Assembly (NCBI GenBank): GCA_964497095.1
Contig: CAZCCL010000005.1
Span: forward strand, 1-53,063
DNA from: an uncultured Gaiellales bacterium
GTDB taxonomy: Bacteria > Actinomycetota > Thermoleophilia > RBG-16-64-13
DNA length: 53,063 bases
Direction of reading: 5' to 3'
The translations under genes and the position numbers were made by a program. How positions within the stretch are numbered: the first letter of the stretch is position 1; every line of letters starts with the position of its first letter. Shown piece after piece: positions 29,217 through 38,853 of the stretch. The notes beneath the pieces were generated by a model. The model was given only the letters and a program-made list of their open reading frames with translations, did not search any database and had not been told where the DNA came from.

Positions 29217-31808
29217 ATGGCGAAGACGCGTCGACTCACCAATCTCACCACCGGCGGACCCGTTCACGTCGACGTTCAAGACGGCAAGATCCTGCGCATC
29301 TTCCCCCTCGAACTCGACAAAAGCGACGGGCCGTCGTGGACCATACAGGCTAGGGGCCGGTCTTTCACGCCGCCCCGAAAGACGACCCTCTCACCGTGGA
29401 CTGTGGCCCATAAGTCCACCATCTACTCCCCCAAACGCATCCTGACTCCGCTCAAGCGGGTCGACTTCGACCCGAACGGCGAGCGAAACATCGACAAACG
29501 TGGTGAGTCCGGCTATGAGCCCATCGGCTGGGATGAGGCCCTGGACATCGTGGCCGACGAGATCGTGCGCGTGAAGCGAGAGCTTGGACCGGCGGGTATG
29601 CTCACCACCGCGGGATCCCACCATCTCTGGGGCAATATCGGCTACCGCTTCAGCGCCTACAACCGCTTCATCAACCTGATCGGCCATACCTATGCCGAAC
29701 ACAACCCCGACAGCTGGGAAGGCTGGCACTGGGGCGGAGTGCACATGTGGGGCTTCAGCCATCGGCTCGGCATCCCCGAGCAGTACGACCTCCTGGAGGA
29801 CGCCCTCAAGAACACGGAGATGGTCGTGTTCTGGTCGGCCGACCCGGAGACCACCGGCGGGGTCTATGGGTCGTTCGAGGCCACCTCCCGCCGCTTCTGG
29901 CTCAAGGAGCTAGGGGTCAAGATGGTGTTCATCGACCCCTACTTCAATCACACCGCCGGTGTCTTCGCCGACAAGTGGTTCGCACCCCGGCTGGGGACCG
30001 ACGTGGCCCTGGCCTTGGCTATCGCCTTTACCTGGCTCACGGAAGGCACCTACGACAAGGAGTACGTAGGGTCCCGGACCAAGGATTTCGACGTATGGAA
30101 GGCCTACGTCCTGGGCGAGAGCGACGGCGTACCCAAGACCCCCAAATGGGCCGAGGTCGAGAGTGGGGTCCCCGCCAGGGAGATCAGGGCCCTCGCCCGG
30201 GAATGGGGAGCCAAGAAGACCATGCTCTCGGCCGGCGCGATGGGCGGATGGGGCGGCGCGTGCCGCGCCGCCACCGGTAACGAATGGGCCCGCTCCATGA
30301 TAGCCCTGGCCGCCATGCAGGGCCTTGGCAAGCCGGGGAGCAATATCTGGTCGACCACCTCCGGCGTGCCGTTCGACAAGTCCTTCTACTTCCCCGGCTA
30401 CTCCGAGGGCGGGATCTCCGGCGACATCGCCAATACGGCTGCCGGCTACCGTCTTGCTCACCGCATGTGGCCCAACGGGGGCACATTCTCCAATATCCAA
30501 CACTCGGCGGAGGGCCAGACGGTCTCACGGCTGAGGATCCCCGAGGTGATGCGGCACGAGAAGCTGCAGTGGTACGCCCGCGGCTTCTGTGGAGCCTCGA
30601 TCGAGATGCAGTTCCACAAGCGCCAATACCCGGCCAGCGGCTATCCCCACGTGGGCATGTACTACCGCTACGGCGGCTCCTTCATCGGCACGATGACCGA
30701 GACCAATCGCTACGTCACCGCGTACCGCGAGGGCAAGGTCCCCTTCGTCGTCAACCAGGCGGTGTGGATGGAGGGCGAGACCAAGTTCGCCGACGTCATC
30801 CTGCCGGCCTGCACCAACTTCGAGCGCTGGGACATCAGCGACTGGGCATACGCATCCGGCTATGGGACGCACAAGTTCGACCAGGTCAACCATCGCCTGA
30901 TCGTGCTGCAAAAGAAGTGCATCGAGCCGCTCGGGGAGTCCAAGTCCGACTACGAGATCTTCTCCCTCCTTGCCGACAGGCTGGGCGTAGGTCACATCTA
31001 CACCGAGGGCGGCCACACCGACCTCGACTGGGTCAAGCGGATGTTCCACGCCAGTGACCTGCCGAAGCGGATCTCCTGGGAGGACTTCGAGAAGAAGGGC
31101 TACTACATGGTGCCGGTCCCTGAAGACCACGAACCCACACCGGCGCTGCGCTGGTTCGCCGAAGACCGGGAGAAGGATACCCCGGACTGGGGTCCGCCTC
31201 TCTGGGACCAGGTGAGACTGAAAGGTCTACAGACCCAGTCGGGCAAGATCGAGTTCGTCTCCAGCAGCCTTAGCCGCTTCTACGAGACAGACCCGGTCGA
31301 CCCTGAACGCCCCGCCATGGGTCCACAGTACATAGAGAGCTGGGAAGGACACCACACCACCGAACTCTACGAGAAGTACCCCCTGCAGATGGTGTCCCCG
31401 CACCCGCGTTATAGCTTTCATACGATGGGAGACGCGAAGGGGTCGTGGAGCAACGACATCAAGGACCACCGCATCCTCAAGGAGGATGGCCACCACTACT
31501 GGATCATGCGTCTCAATCCCGAGGACGCGGCTGCCCGGAACATCGCCGACGGCGACCTCGTCCGCGCCTTCAACGAGCGGGCTTCGGTCATCCTGGCGAC
31601 TCAGATCACGGAACGGGTGCCCCCTGGCACCGTTCATTCCTACGAGTCCTGCGCCGAGTACGTGCCCCTGGGTACGCCGGGCAGGTCCCCAGACAAAGGT
31701 GGCTGTGTCAACCTGCTGACCTCGAAGCGCTTCATCACCCCGACCTCCACCGGCCAAGCCCCGAACTCCTGCCTGGTCCAGGTGGAGAAGTGGGAGGGCG
31801 ACTCCTAG
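29217..31808 (+). CDS. bis-MGD molybdopterin oxidoreductase, pyrogallol hydroxytransferase large-subunit (AthL)-like; no Fe-S cysteine motif, no Tat signal
   Basis: 863-aa ORF and the only plus-strand gene in the window. As I recall the Pelobacter acidigallici transhydroxylase alpha subunit, the similarity spans the full length: RLTNLTTGGPVHVDVQDGKILRI, SWTIQARGRSFTPPRKT, FDPNGERN, HNPDSWEGWHWGGVHMWGF, PEQYDLLEDALK, VFWSADPETT, ADKWFAPRLGTD, GGWGGACRA, GKPGSNIWSTT, ILPACTNFERWDIS, ALRWFAEDREKDTPDWGP, SPHPRYSFHTMGD, YWIMRLNPEDA, PGTVHSYESCA. Confidence 0.85.
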   Translation: MAKTRRLTNLTTGGPVHVDVQDGKILRIFPLELDKSDGPSWTIQARGRSFTPPRKTTLSPWTVAHKSTIYSPKRILTPLKRVDFDPNGERNIDKRGESGYEPIGWDEALDIVADEIVRVKRELGPAGMLTTAGSHHLWGNIGYRFSAYNRFINLIGHTYAEHNPDSWEGWHWGGVHMWGFSHRLGIPEQYDLLEDALKNTEMVVFWSADPETTGGVYGSFEATSRRFWLKELGVKMVFIDPYFNHTAGVFADKWFAPRLGTDVALALAIAFTWLTEGTYDKEYVGSRTKDFDVWKAYVLGESDGVPKTPKWAEVESGVPAREIRALAREWGAKKTMLSAGAMGGWGGACRAATGNEWARSMIALAAMQGLGKPGSNIWSTTSGVPFDKSFYFPGYSEGGISGDIANTAAGYRLAHRMWPNGGTFSNIQHSAEGQTVSRLRIPEVMRHEKLQWYARGFCGASIEMQFHKRQYPASGYPHVGMYYRYGGSFIGTMTETNRYVTAYREGKVPFVVNQAVWMEGETKFADVILPACTNFERWDISDWAYASGYGTHKFDQVNHRLIVLQKKCIEPLGESKSDYEIFSLLADRLGVGHIYTEGGHTDLDWVKRMFHASDLPKRISWEDFEKKGYYMVPVPEDHEPTPALRWFAEDREKDTPDWGPPLWDQVRLKGLQTQSGKIEFVSSSLSRFYETDPVDPERPAMGPQYIESWEGHHTTELYEKYPLQMVSPHPRYSFHTMGDAKGSWSNDIKDHRILKEDGHHYWIMRLNPEDAAARNIADGDLVRAFNERASVILATQITERVPPGTVHSYESCAEYVPLGTPGRSPDKGGCVNLLTSKRFITPTSTGQAPNSCLVQVEKWEGDS

Positions 31809-31839
31809 ATCAGGGGATGGGCTGTTTCACGTCTTCGCT

Positions 31840-31865
31840 CGAAGGGCGCCCAAGGGCGCCCTTCG
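31840..31865. terminator. GC-rich hairpin between convergent genes (possible bidirectional terminator)
   Basis: cGAAGGGCGCC-CAAG-GGCGCCCUUCg is a perfect 10-11 bp stem at 31840-31865. It lies 32 nt after the oxidoreductase stop and 20 nt after the truA stop. No clear U-tract on either strand. Confidence 0.5.
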
Positions 31866-31884
31866 TCATCTTGCTCCGGCCGCC

Positions 31885-32748
31885 TCAGCCGGTCCGCGCG
31901 GCTCCGTAGCGCACGTCCCACAAGAACAACCCCTGGGCCGGCGCGGTGGGACCGGCTTCCTCTCGGGAGGCTCCGTGCAGCAGCCGATCCAGATCTCCGA
32001 GCGTCCGCTCGCCCTGCGCCACCTCCACCATAGTGCCGACCAGGGTGCGGACCATATGTCGCAGGAAGGCCTCGGCTTCGATCTCGAGGTAGACCACTCC
32101 CTTCGTAAGACCGAATAGATCGGGACTGCGGTCGGCCTGAGGCGTGGCACCGGCCGGCGCGGCGCGCCGCGCCGCGCCCCCGGACCGGGAGCCCCCGGGC
32201 CGCCCCCCACCCACCTTCCCCCAGGCACAACGGACCACGGACCTGTGGAAGAACGCGTGCTCCGTCTGGGTGGGGGTGAAGGCTGTGAAGTCGTGGCGGC
32301 CGGGCACCTTCGCCCCGGCCGCCCGGAAGGCCCCCCAGTCCCGGCCCCCGGGGGGAGGCCAGCACAAGGGCGCCCCCAACCGTGACACCCCAGCGGGGGT
32401 GGTCAAGAAGTACCGGTAGCTCCTGCTGACCGCGCCTTTCCGCGCGTCAAACGTCACAGGCGCGCGGACCAGTCTCGTTACGGCGATACCCGCCGGAGTG
32501 AGGGCGTTGGTTGACCGGACCAGCTGAGCCGCATCGGTTTCCGCCGGCAGTCGAAGACTCACCACCTGCCGGCGCGCGTGCACGCCGGCATCCGTCCGGC
32601 CGGCCACCCGCAGCACCGGAGTGTGGCCCAGCACAGTCGCAAGAGCGGCCCCCAGGCAACCTTCCACAGTGGGCAGTCCTTCCTGCCTCACCCAACCGTG
32701 AAGGCCGGTCCCGTCGTACTGCAGTTCCATGCGGTAGTTGCGCTCCAC
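31885..32748 (-). CDS. truA: tRNA pseudouridine(38-40) synthase
   Basis: The ORF runs to 32820. GTG at 32748 gives (M)ERNYRMELQYDGTGLHGWVRQ, the usual spacing before the YDG motif. The catalytic RTDAGVHA is present. Contains a Gly/Arg/Ala-rich insertion of about 40 aa before the FLRHMVR block. Confidence 0.9.
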   Translation of the reverse strand: MERNYRMELQYDGTGLHGWVRQEGLPTVEGCLGAALATVLGHTPVLRVAGRTDAGVHARRQVVSLRLPAETDAAQLVRSTNALTPAGIAVTRLVRAPVTFDARKGAVSRSYRYFLTTPAGVSRLGAPLCWPPPGGRDWGAFRAAGAKVPGRHDFTAFTPTQTEHAFFHRSVVRCAWGKVGGGRPGGSRSGGAARRAAPAGATPQADRSPDLFGLTKGVVYLEIEAEAFLRHMVRTLVGTMVEVAQGERTLGDLDRLLHGASREEAGPTAPAQGLFLWDVRYGAARTG

Positions 32749-32882
32749 GGGCCCCCCATCACTCCAACGCCACGTGTTCACTCCATAAGCACAGATGCCG
32801 GGGCCTTCAGGCCCCGGCATCGTCTCTGCCGTCGATCCAGGATCGCCTCGCCGTCCCCGAGAGGCCTCCCCACTCCCCCTTG

Positions 32883-33233
32883 CTACACCAGCTCCAAATA
32901 CACCATCTCGGCGGCGTCGCCCAGACGAGGGCCGATATGCACGATACGGGTGTAGCCCCCCGCGCGATCCGCGTACACAGGCGCGATCTCGTTGAACAGC
33001 TTGTACGATATCTGCTTGTTACGGAGTTGGCTGATGGCCATACGCCGGGAATTGAGATCGCCTGCCTTACCCATGGTGATCATCTTCTCCACGATCGGCC
33101 GCACTTCCTTGGCCCGGGCCTCTGTTGTCTTGACGCGTCCATGCTCGAGCACAGAGCAGGCAAGATTCGCCAACATCTGCCGGCGATGGCTCGGCTGCAT
33201 GCCGAACCGTCTTCCTTTCCTCTGGTGCCTCAC
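32883..33233 (-). CDS. rplQ: 50S ribosomal protein L17
   Basis: 116-aa ORF. MRHQRKGRRFGMQPSHRRQMLANL. Follows rpoA. Confidence 0.97.
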   Translation of the reverse strand: MRHQRKGRRFGMQPSHRRQMLANLACSVLEHGRVKTTEARAKEVRPIVEKMITMGKAGDLNSRRMAISQLRNKQISYKLFNEIAPVYADRAGGYTRIVHIGPRLGDAAEMVYLELV

Positions 33234-33234
33234 T

Positions 33235-34191
33235 CTACTCTCCCTTGAGCTTCAGGTTGTTCTTCTCGAGGCGCTCCCGCACCTCTTCTATGGTCTTGTG
33301 GCCAAGGTTGGGGATGCACATCAGCTCCTGCTCGGACCTGGCTATGAGGTCACCGACCGACTCGATGCCCTCACGCTTGAGACAGTTGTAGGAGCGGACT
33401 CCCAGTTCCAATTCCTCGATGGGCGTGTCATCGAAGCCCGTGGATCGGCCGGCCGGGGCCTCCGCCTCACCCATTGCGGACTCCGCAGCGGATTCTTCTT
33501 CGTCCTCTGCCCCGTCCTCCAGGAAGATCGACAAGTCGTCGCGCAGGAGGGCTGCCGCTTTGGCCAGGGCCGCCCGCGGTTCGATGGCGCCGTTGGTCTG
33601 CACTTCCAGGGTCAGCTTGTCGAAATCGGTCCGCTGGCCGACCCGCGCCGGCTCCACGCTGTAGGCCACCTTGGTGACCGGCGAGAAGATCGAGTCTATA
33701 GGGATGACTCCCAGGATGTTGTCGGTGCGCTTGTTGTCGTCGGCCGACGCGTATCCCCGGCCCCGACGCACCGTCAACTGCATCTCCAGCCGGCCCCCGT
33801 CTTCCAAGGTGCCGATGTACGCAAGTGGGTCCACGACCTCGACGGTGGCGGGGAGTTGGATGTCACCGGCGGTGACGATCCCCGGGCCGTCCTTGACCAG
33901 TTCGACCTCATGCTCGTCATCCTCGCCGTGTAACACGAAGACTATCTTCTTGAGGTTGAGGATGATGTCCGTGACATCCTCCTTGACATGGGGCACGGTC
34001 GAGAACTCATGCTCTACTCCGGTGACCTTGACCGCCGAGATAGCGGCCCCTTCCAGCGAGGAGAGCAACACCCGCCGGAGGGAGTTGCCGAACGTATACC
34101 CGAAACCACGGGCCAGCGGCTCGACCACGAAGCGACCTTGATTCTCACCGACCGGTTCGTAGGCGCTATGCGGGGTGGCAAAATCTAACAA
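33235..34191 (-). CDS. rpoA: DNA-directed RNA polymerase subunit alpha
   Basis: 318-aa ORF. GRFVVEPLARGFGYTFGNSLRRVLLSSLEGAAI (NTD) and LELGVRSYNCLKREGIESVGDLI..IPNLGHKTIEEVRERL (CTD). Confidence 0.98.
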   Translation of the reverse strand: MLDFATPHSAYEPVGENQGRFVVEPLARGFGYTFGNSLRRVLLSSLEGAAISAVKVTGVEHEFSTVPHVKEDVTDIILNLKKIVFVLHGEDDEHEVELVKDGPGIVTAGDIQLPATVEVVDPLAYIGTLEDGGRLEMQLTVRRGRGYASADDNKRTDNILGVIPIDSIFSPVTKVAYSVEPARVGQRTDFDKLTLEVQTNGAIEPRAALAKAAALLRDDLSIFLEDGAEDEEESAAESAMGEAEAPAGRSTGFDDTPIEELELGVRSYNCLKREGIESVGDLIARSEQELMCIPNLGHKTIEEVRERLEKNNLKLKGE

Positions 34192-34204
34192 TCGACCCTC
34201 CTAA

Positions 34205-34831
34205 CTACTTGGAGTACAGCTCGACGATGAGCGACTCCTGGATGGGGATGTCGATATCCGCCCGATCGGGCTGACGAAGGACCTTGCCCACCATGTTGTC
34301 ATGGTCCGCCTGCAGCCAAGCAGGCACGGAGGCGGTGAGATCGGTGGCGTCCTCGACGACAGTCTTCAGACCCTCACTGTCGAGCACCGCCGTGATCACA
34401 TCGTCCGTCTTCACCCGGTACGAAGGGATATTGACCCGACGGCCGTTGACCGTGAAGTGCCCGTGCCGGATGAGCTGCCGGGATTGCCGGCGGGAAGCGC
34501 CGAAACCAAGACGATAGATCACGTTGTCCAGGCGCAACTCCAGGAGGCGGAGCAGATTCTCGCCCGTGATGCCCGATTGCTGGGCGGCCACCTTGTAGTA
34601 GTTGCGGAACTGCCCTTCGAGCACCCCGTAGTAACGGCGCGCCTTCTGCTTCTCGCGCAACTGGGTGAGATACTCGGACTGCTTGCGCCGACGACCGCGG
34701 CCGTGTTCGCCCGGAGGATACGCCCGCCGGTCGACTCCGCACTTGTCGGTCAGGCAACGCTCTCCTTTGAGGAAGAGCTTCTCACCTTCACGACGGCACT
34801 GCTTGCACTGGGGGGACCTGTCTCTCGCCAT
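34205..34831 (-). CDS. rpsD: 30S ribosomal protein S4
   Basis: 208-aa ORF. N-terminal Cys cluster [36 protein letters not shown]4 RNA-binding domain. Confidence 0.97.
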   Translation of the reverse strand: MARDRSPQCKQCRREGEKLFLKGERCLTDKCGVDRRAYPPGEHGRGRRRKQSEYLTQLREKQKARRYYGVLEGQFRNYYKVAAQQSGITGENLLRLLELRLDNVIYRLGFGASRRQSRQLIRHGHFTVNGRRVNIPSYRVKTDDVITAVLDSEGLKTVVEDATDLTASVPAWLQADHDNMVGKVLRQPDRADIDIPIQESLIVELYSK

Positions 34832-34845
34832 ACTCGCCGCCTACC

Positions 34846-35253
34846 TCAGACCCGGCGCCGCTTCTTGGGGCGGCAGCCGTTGTGGGGGATGGGAGTGACG
34901 TCCTTGACGCTGGTCACGTCGAGCCCGGCGGCCTGAAGCGAGCGGATGGCGGTCTCGCGGCCGCTACCCGGTCCTTTGACGAAGCAGTCGACCTTCTGCA
35001 GGCCGTGCTCCATAGCCGCCCGAGCCGCTCGTTCCGCAGTCACCTGGGCCGCGAACGGAGTGGATTTGCGTGAACCTTTGAACCCGGCCGAGCCGGCACT
35101 TGCCCACGCGATCACGTTGCCCTCTTTGTCGGTGAGCGTCACAAGGGTGTTGTTGAACGACGTCTTGATGTAAGCGTTGCCCACCGCGATGCTCTTGCGC
35201 ACCTTGCGGCGTCGCCCTCGAGTACCAGCTGCAGTGCGTTTGGGTTTCGGCAT
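34846..35253 (-). CDS. rpsK: 30S ribosomal protein S11
   Basis: 135-aa [45 protein letters not shown]. Confidence 0.97.
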   Translation of the reverse strand: MPKPKRTAAGTRGRRRKVRKSIAVGNAYIKTSFNNTLVTLTDKEGNVIAWASAGSAGFKGSRKSTPFAAQVTAERAARAAMEHGLQKVDCFVKGPGSGRETAIRSLQAAGLDVTSVKDVTPIPHNGCRPKKRRRV

Positions 35254-35302
35254 GTCTACTTAACTCCGTCCCTAGATATCCCTGCGAGGTCGTCCTGGCC
35301 GG

Positions 35303-35680
35303 CTAGACCCGCACCTTCTTCTTGACGCCCACTGTAGGCTTGTGTCCCTTGCGCACCCGGGCGTTCGTCTTGGTGCGCTGGCCATGGACCGGCATACCTC
35401 GCCGATGTCTGATGCCCCGATAGCAGCCGATCTCCATCAAACGCTTGATGTTCTGGCCGCGCTCGCGTCGCAGGTCACCTTCGACCAGTACATGGTCCTC
35501 GATGTAGCCGCGCAGACGCATCTCTTCGTCCTCGGTGAGGTCCTTGACGTGCGTGTCCGGATCGATGCTCACAGCGGAGAGGATCCTGTTGGACATAGAC
35601 CGGCCGATCCCGTACACGTACGTGAGACCGATCTCGATCCGTTTGTCGCGAGGGAGAGTGACACCAGCGATACGAGCCAT
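35303..35680 (-). CDS. rpsM: 30S ribosomal protein S13
   Basis: 125-aa [31 protein letters not shown]. Confidence 0.97.
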   Translation of the reverse strand: MARIAGVTLPRDKRIEIGLTYVYGIGRSMSNRILSAVSIDPDTHVKDLTEDEEMRLRGYIEDHVLVEGDLRRERGQNIKRLMEIGCYRGIRHRRGMPVHGQRTKTNARVRKGHKPTVGVKKKVRV

Positions 35681-35693
35681 ACGCTTCTCCTGC

Positions 35694-35807
35694 CTAGCCT
35701 TGCCGCTGCTTATGGCGCGGGTTCTGGCAGATGACCAGTACCACGCCCCGCCGCCGCACTATCTTGCACTTCTCGCACATCGGTTTCACCGACGCTCTGA
35801 CCTTCAT
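35694..35807 (-). CDS. rpmJ: 50S ribosomal protein L36 (zinc-binding type)
   Basis: Too short for the ORF track. Hand translation gives [37 protein letters not shown] (37 aa). ATG at 35807, TAG at 35694-35696. Lies between infA and rpsM as expected. Confidence 0.93.
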   Translation of the reverse strand: MKVRASVKPMCEKCKIVRRRGVVLVICQNPRHKQRQG

Positions 35808-35820
35808 CTGACGCCTTCCT

Positions 35821-36042
35821 CTACTTGAAACGATAGGTGATCCGACCCCGGGTCAGATCGTATGGTGACAATTCCACCTTGACTCTGTCACCGGGCAGTA
35901 TCCGTATGTAGTTCATACGCATCTTCCCGGATATGTGCGCAAGGATCTCCAGCTCGTTGTCGAGCTTGACCTTGAACATCGTGTTGGGCAGGGCCTCGAT
36001 GACCTCGCCCTCGAGCTCTATGGCTTCTTCTTTAGGACACAC
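35821..36042 (-). CDS. infA: translation initiation factor IF-1
   Basis: The ORF runs to 36072. GTG at 36042 gives (M)[53 protein letters not shown], the normal 73-aa IF-1. Confidence 0.95.
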   Translation of the reverse strand: MCPKEEAIELEGEVIEALPNTMFKVKLDNELEILAHISGKMRMNYIRILPGDRVKVELSPYDLTRGRITYRFK

Positions 36043-36107
36043 GGCTCGCCACCCAGCAACCCCCGCCTGCAAGTCGGCCGCTTATCTTAGCACAAGGCTT
36101 CATCCTG

Positions 36108-36869
36108 CTAGGCTCCCGCAACTTCAGTCGTGGTAAGGATGCGAGGCCCGGTCCGGGTGATAGCCACCGTGTGCTCGAAATGAGCGGAGAGACTGCCGTC
36201 TTTGGTGTATATGGCCCAGGAGTCGTCACCTATCTCGACTTCGAAGCCGCCCACGTTCACCATGGGCTCGATCGCCAGGACCATGCCGTCCCTCAGCTCG
36301 GGCCCTTGTTCCGGCGAGCCGAAGTTCGGCACCTGCGGGTCTTCGTGCATGTCCCGGCCCACGCCATGGCCCACCATACTCCTTACCACCGAGAAGCCAT
36401 GAGCTTCGACATGAGTCTGTACAGCGTGAGAGATATCCCCAACCCGGTTGCCGACCCGACACTGGGCGATCCCCTCATGGAGCGATTCCTCGGTGACCTG
36501 CAGAAGCTCGCGTGCGGTCTCGGAGATATCGCCCACTGCGAAGGTTCGCGCGCCGTCGGCTATATAGCCCTCCATGGTCACTCCCACGTCGACTCCCAGA
36601 ATGTCGCCTTCCCGCAACCGGGTGCCGTCCGGGATGCCGTGGACCACCATGTCGTTGGGCGAGGTGCAGATGGACCCCGGGAACCCCCGGTAGCCCTTGA
36701 ACGTGGGCACACCGCCCTTCGCGCGTATGAACCGCTCCGCCAACCTATCCAACTCCTTCGTGGTCACGCCCGGCCTAATCTCCTCGGCTAGGAAATCCAA
36801 GCATCCCTGCAACACCTTGCCCGCCCGGGCCATCTTCTCCAACTCCGCCTGCGATTTTCTGATGATCAC
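36108..36869 (-). CDS. map: type I methionine aminopeptidase
   Basis: 253-aa ORF. Metal ligands lie in VVHGIP, DILGVDVGV, GHGVGRDMHE and VLAIEPM. Confidence 0.95.
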   Translation of the reverse strand: MIIRKSQAELEKMARAGKVLQGCLDFLAEEIRPGVTTKELDRLAERFIRAKGGVPTFKGYRGFPGSICTSPNDMVVHGIPDGTRLREGDILGVDVGVTMEGYIADGARTFAVGDISETARELLQVTEESLHEGIAQCRVGNRVGDISHAVQTHVEAHGFSVVRSMVGHGVGRDMHEDPQVPNFGSPEQGPELRDGMVLAIEPMVNVGGFEVEIGDDSWAIYTKDGSLSAHFEHTVAITRTGPRILTTTEVAGA

Positions 36870-36905
36870 TTTGCCGTCGTCCTCAGGGGCTCCAGACGCG
36901 CCCGG

Positions 36906-37568
36906 TCACCCCTCGGCGGGGCCAAGGGCCGCGCGTATGTCCTCATACGTCCGGTCGGGGGACTGGGCTCCATCTATGCGGGCGACGACTCCCGCCCGAT
37001 CGTAGTAGTCGATCAGGGGCTCCGTCTGATTGCGATAGACCTCAAGCCGGTTGCGCACTGTGGCTTCAGAGTCATCGTCACGCTGATAGAGCTCCCCCCC
37101 GCACTTGTCGCATACACCCTCCTGCTTGGGCGGGGTGAACAGCACGTGGAAAGGGGTCTGGCAGGCTCGGCAGACTCTGCGCCCAGTCAGGCGCTGCACG
37201 AGCAGCTCTTCGTCCACCAGTAGAACGAGGGTCTTGGTCACTGCTCGATCCAGACCGTCCAAGGTTGCGTCCAGCGCCTCCGCCTGCGGTATGGTCCGAG
37301 GGAAGCCGTCCATGAGGAAGCCCTTCGCTGTGTCGGGCTCCTGCAACCGGTCCTTGACGATGCCGATCACCACGCTATCGGGCACCAACTCCCCTGCATC
37401 CATGTACCTCTTGGCCTCTAGACCCATCGGCGTCTGGTTCTTGACCGCCGCACGCAGGATGTCGCCGGTAGAGATATGGGGGATGCCGTACTCGGCCACT
37501 ATGCGGCCCGCCTGGGTGCCCTTGCCCGCCCCGGGGGGCCCGAGCAGGATGAGATTGAACTGGCTCAA
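36906..37568 (-). CDS. adk: adenylate kinase (zinc-lid type)
   Basis: The ORF runs to 37598 (GTG). TTG at 37568 gives (M)SQFNLILLGPPGAGKGTQ, the usual spacing before the P-loop. The lid has CRACQ...CDKCG. Start is uncertain within 37568-37598. Confidence 0.94.
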   Translation of the reverse strand: MSQFNLILLGPPGAGKGTQAGRIVAEYGIPHISTGDILRAAVKNQTPMGLEAKRYMDAGELVPDSVVIGIVKDRLQEPDTAKGFLMDGFPRTIPQAEALDATLDGLDRAVTKTLVLLVDEELLVQRLTGRRVCRACQTPFHVLFTPPKQEGVCDKCGGELYQRDDDSEATVRNRLEVYRNQTEPLIDYYDRAGVVARIDGAQSPDRTYEDIRAALGPAEG

Positions 37569-37602
37569 ACTCTCTATCACTTCCTTGTCGCCTCCCACGG
37601 CT

Positions 37603-38853
37603 CTACTTGAGAAAACCCTCGTAGTGCCGCATCAGCAGCTGAGATTCCATCTGCTTCATCGTGTCCAGAGCCACCCCGATGACGATCAGCAGAGACGTCC
37701 CCCCGAAGTAGAAGGGTACACCCAAGAGCCGGATGAGCAGGGTGGGCAGCAGCACGATGGCCGCTAGGAACAGAGCGCCCGGGAACGTGATCCGCGTGAG
37801 CACTCTGTCGAGATAGACCGCGGTGGGTCGCCCGGGGCGGATACCGGGTATGAATCCCCCGTATTTCTTCAGGTTGTCGGCCTGATCGATGGGGTTGAAC
37901 TGCACGGCCGTGTAGAAGTAGGTGAAGAGGACGATCAGGATGACCTCGACCACCAAATACCACCAGGAGCCTGGGCCAAGGATCTCCGACAGCCTCTTGG
38001 CCCAACTCCAGGGAGTCATCTGGGCAAGAGTGACCGGGAATAGGAGCACCGAAGACGCGAATATGACGGGGATGACCCCCGCCATGTTGATACGCAGCGG
38101 CAGGTAGGTGCTCTGCCCGCCGTAAACCTTGCGCCCTACCACGCGCTTCGCGTACTGCACAGGTATGCGCCGCTGGCCCTCCGTCACATAGATGATGAAC
38201 ACGACCACGAGGACCGAGATGACACCCATGAGCACCCAATACCCGGGGTTGAGGGTGAAAAGTTTCTGGATCCCGCTGGGGAGCCTGGAGACGATGCTCG
38301 CAAAGATCATAAGCGAGATGCCGTTCCCGATGCCCCGCTGGGTGATGAGCTCCCCCATCCACATGACCAGCGCCGTGCCGACCGTCAGGGTGAGCACGAT
38401 GAGGTAGAAGCGCAGCGGCGTTAGGGGCGCATCCGGGGGAAATGCGCCGTAGCTGCGGAAGAGAAAGACAAAGCCGATCGCTTGGATGAGGGCAAGGACC
38501 ACAGTGAAGTACCGGGTGTACTGATTGACCTTCTTCTGGCCTGACTCCCCTTCCTTCATGAGGGCTTCCAGTCGGGGGATCACCATGGTCAGGAGCTGCA
38601 TGATGATCGACGCGGTGATGTAGGGCATGATGCCCATGGCGAACACGGCCACCCGCTCAAGACCGCCCCCGGCGAAGAGGTTGTAGAAGTCGAACACGCC
38701 CCCGGTGTTGAACATCTCCTGGATGGCATCCACACTGACGCCCGGCACGGGGATGTAGCAACCAAACCGGTAGATTGCGATGATCATCGCCGTGAAGAGC
38801 AACTTCTTCCGGAGATCCGGAAGCCGCCAGGCGTTGAGCAGGGACTGCAGCAT
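37603..38853 (-). CDS. secY: preprotein translocase subunit SecY
   Basis: 416-aa polytopic ORF. LRKKLLFTAMIIAIYRFGCYIPVPGV, GIMPYITASIIMQLL and GGFIPGIRPGRPT. Confidence 0.97.
   Translation of the reverse strand: MLQSLLNAWRLPDLRKKLLFTAMIIAIYRFGCYIPVPGVSVDAIQEMFNTGGVFDFYNLFAGGGLERVAVFAMGIMPYITASIIMQLLTMVIPRLEALMKEGESGQKKVNQYTRYFTVVLALIQAIGFVFLFRSYGAFPPDAPLTPLRFYLIVLTLTVGTALVMWMGELITQRGIGNGISLMIFASIVSRLPSGIQKLFTLNPGYWVLMGVISVLVVVFIIYVTEGQRRIPVQYAKRVVGRKVYGGQSTYLPLRINMAGVIPVIFASSVLLFPVTLAQMTPWSWAKRLSEILGPGSWWYLVVEVILIVLFTYFYTAVQFNPIDQADNLKKYGGFIPGIRPGRPTAVYLDRVLTRITFPGALFLAAIVLLPTLLIRLLGVPFYFGGTSLLIVIGVALDTMKQMESQLLMRHYEGFLK

Noticed and set aside
29217-29300. Twin-arginine (Tat) signal in the molybdoenzyme (MAKTRRLTNL).
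   Set aside because: The RR is not followed by a hydrophobic h-region or an AxA site. The sequence runs straight into the conserved TGGPVHVDVQDGKI fold, as in the cytoplasmic transhydroxylase.
31805-32365. 186-aa and 120-aa minus-strand ORFs in alternative frames within truA.
   Set aside because: They overlap the truA frame, which carries the catalytic RTDAGVHA and FLRHMVR motifs. Their Arg/Gly/Pro-rich translations are typical shadow frames of the very GC-rich insertion region.
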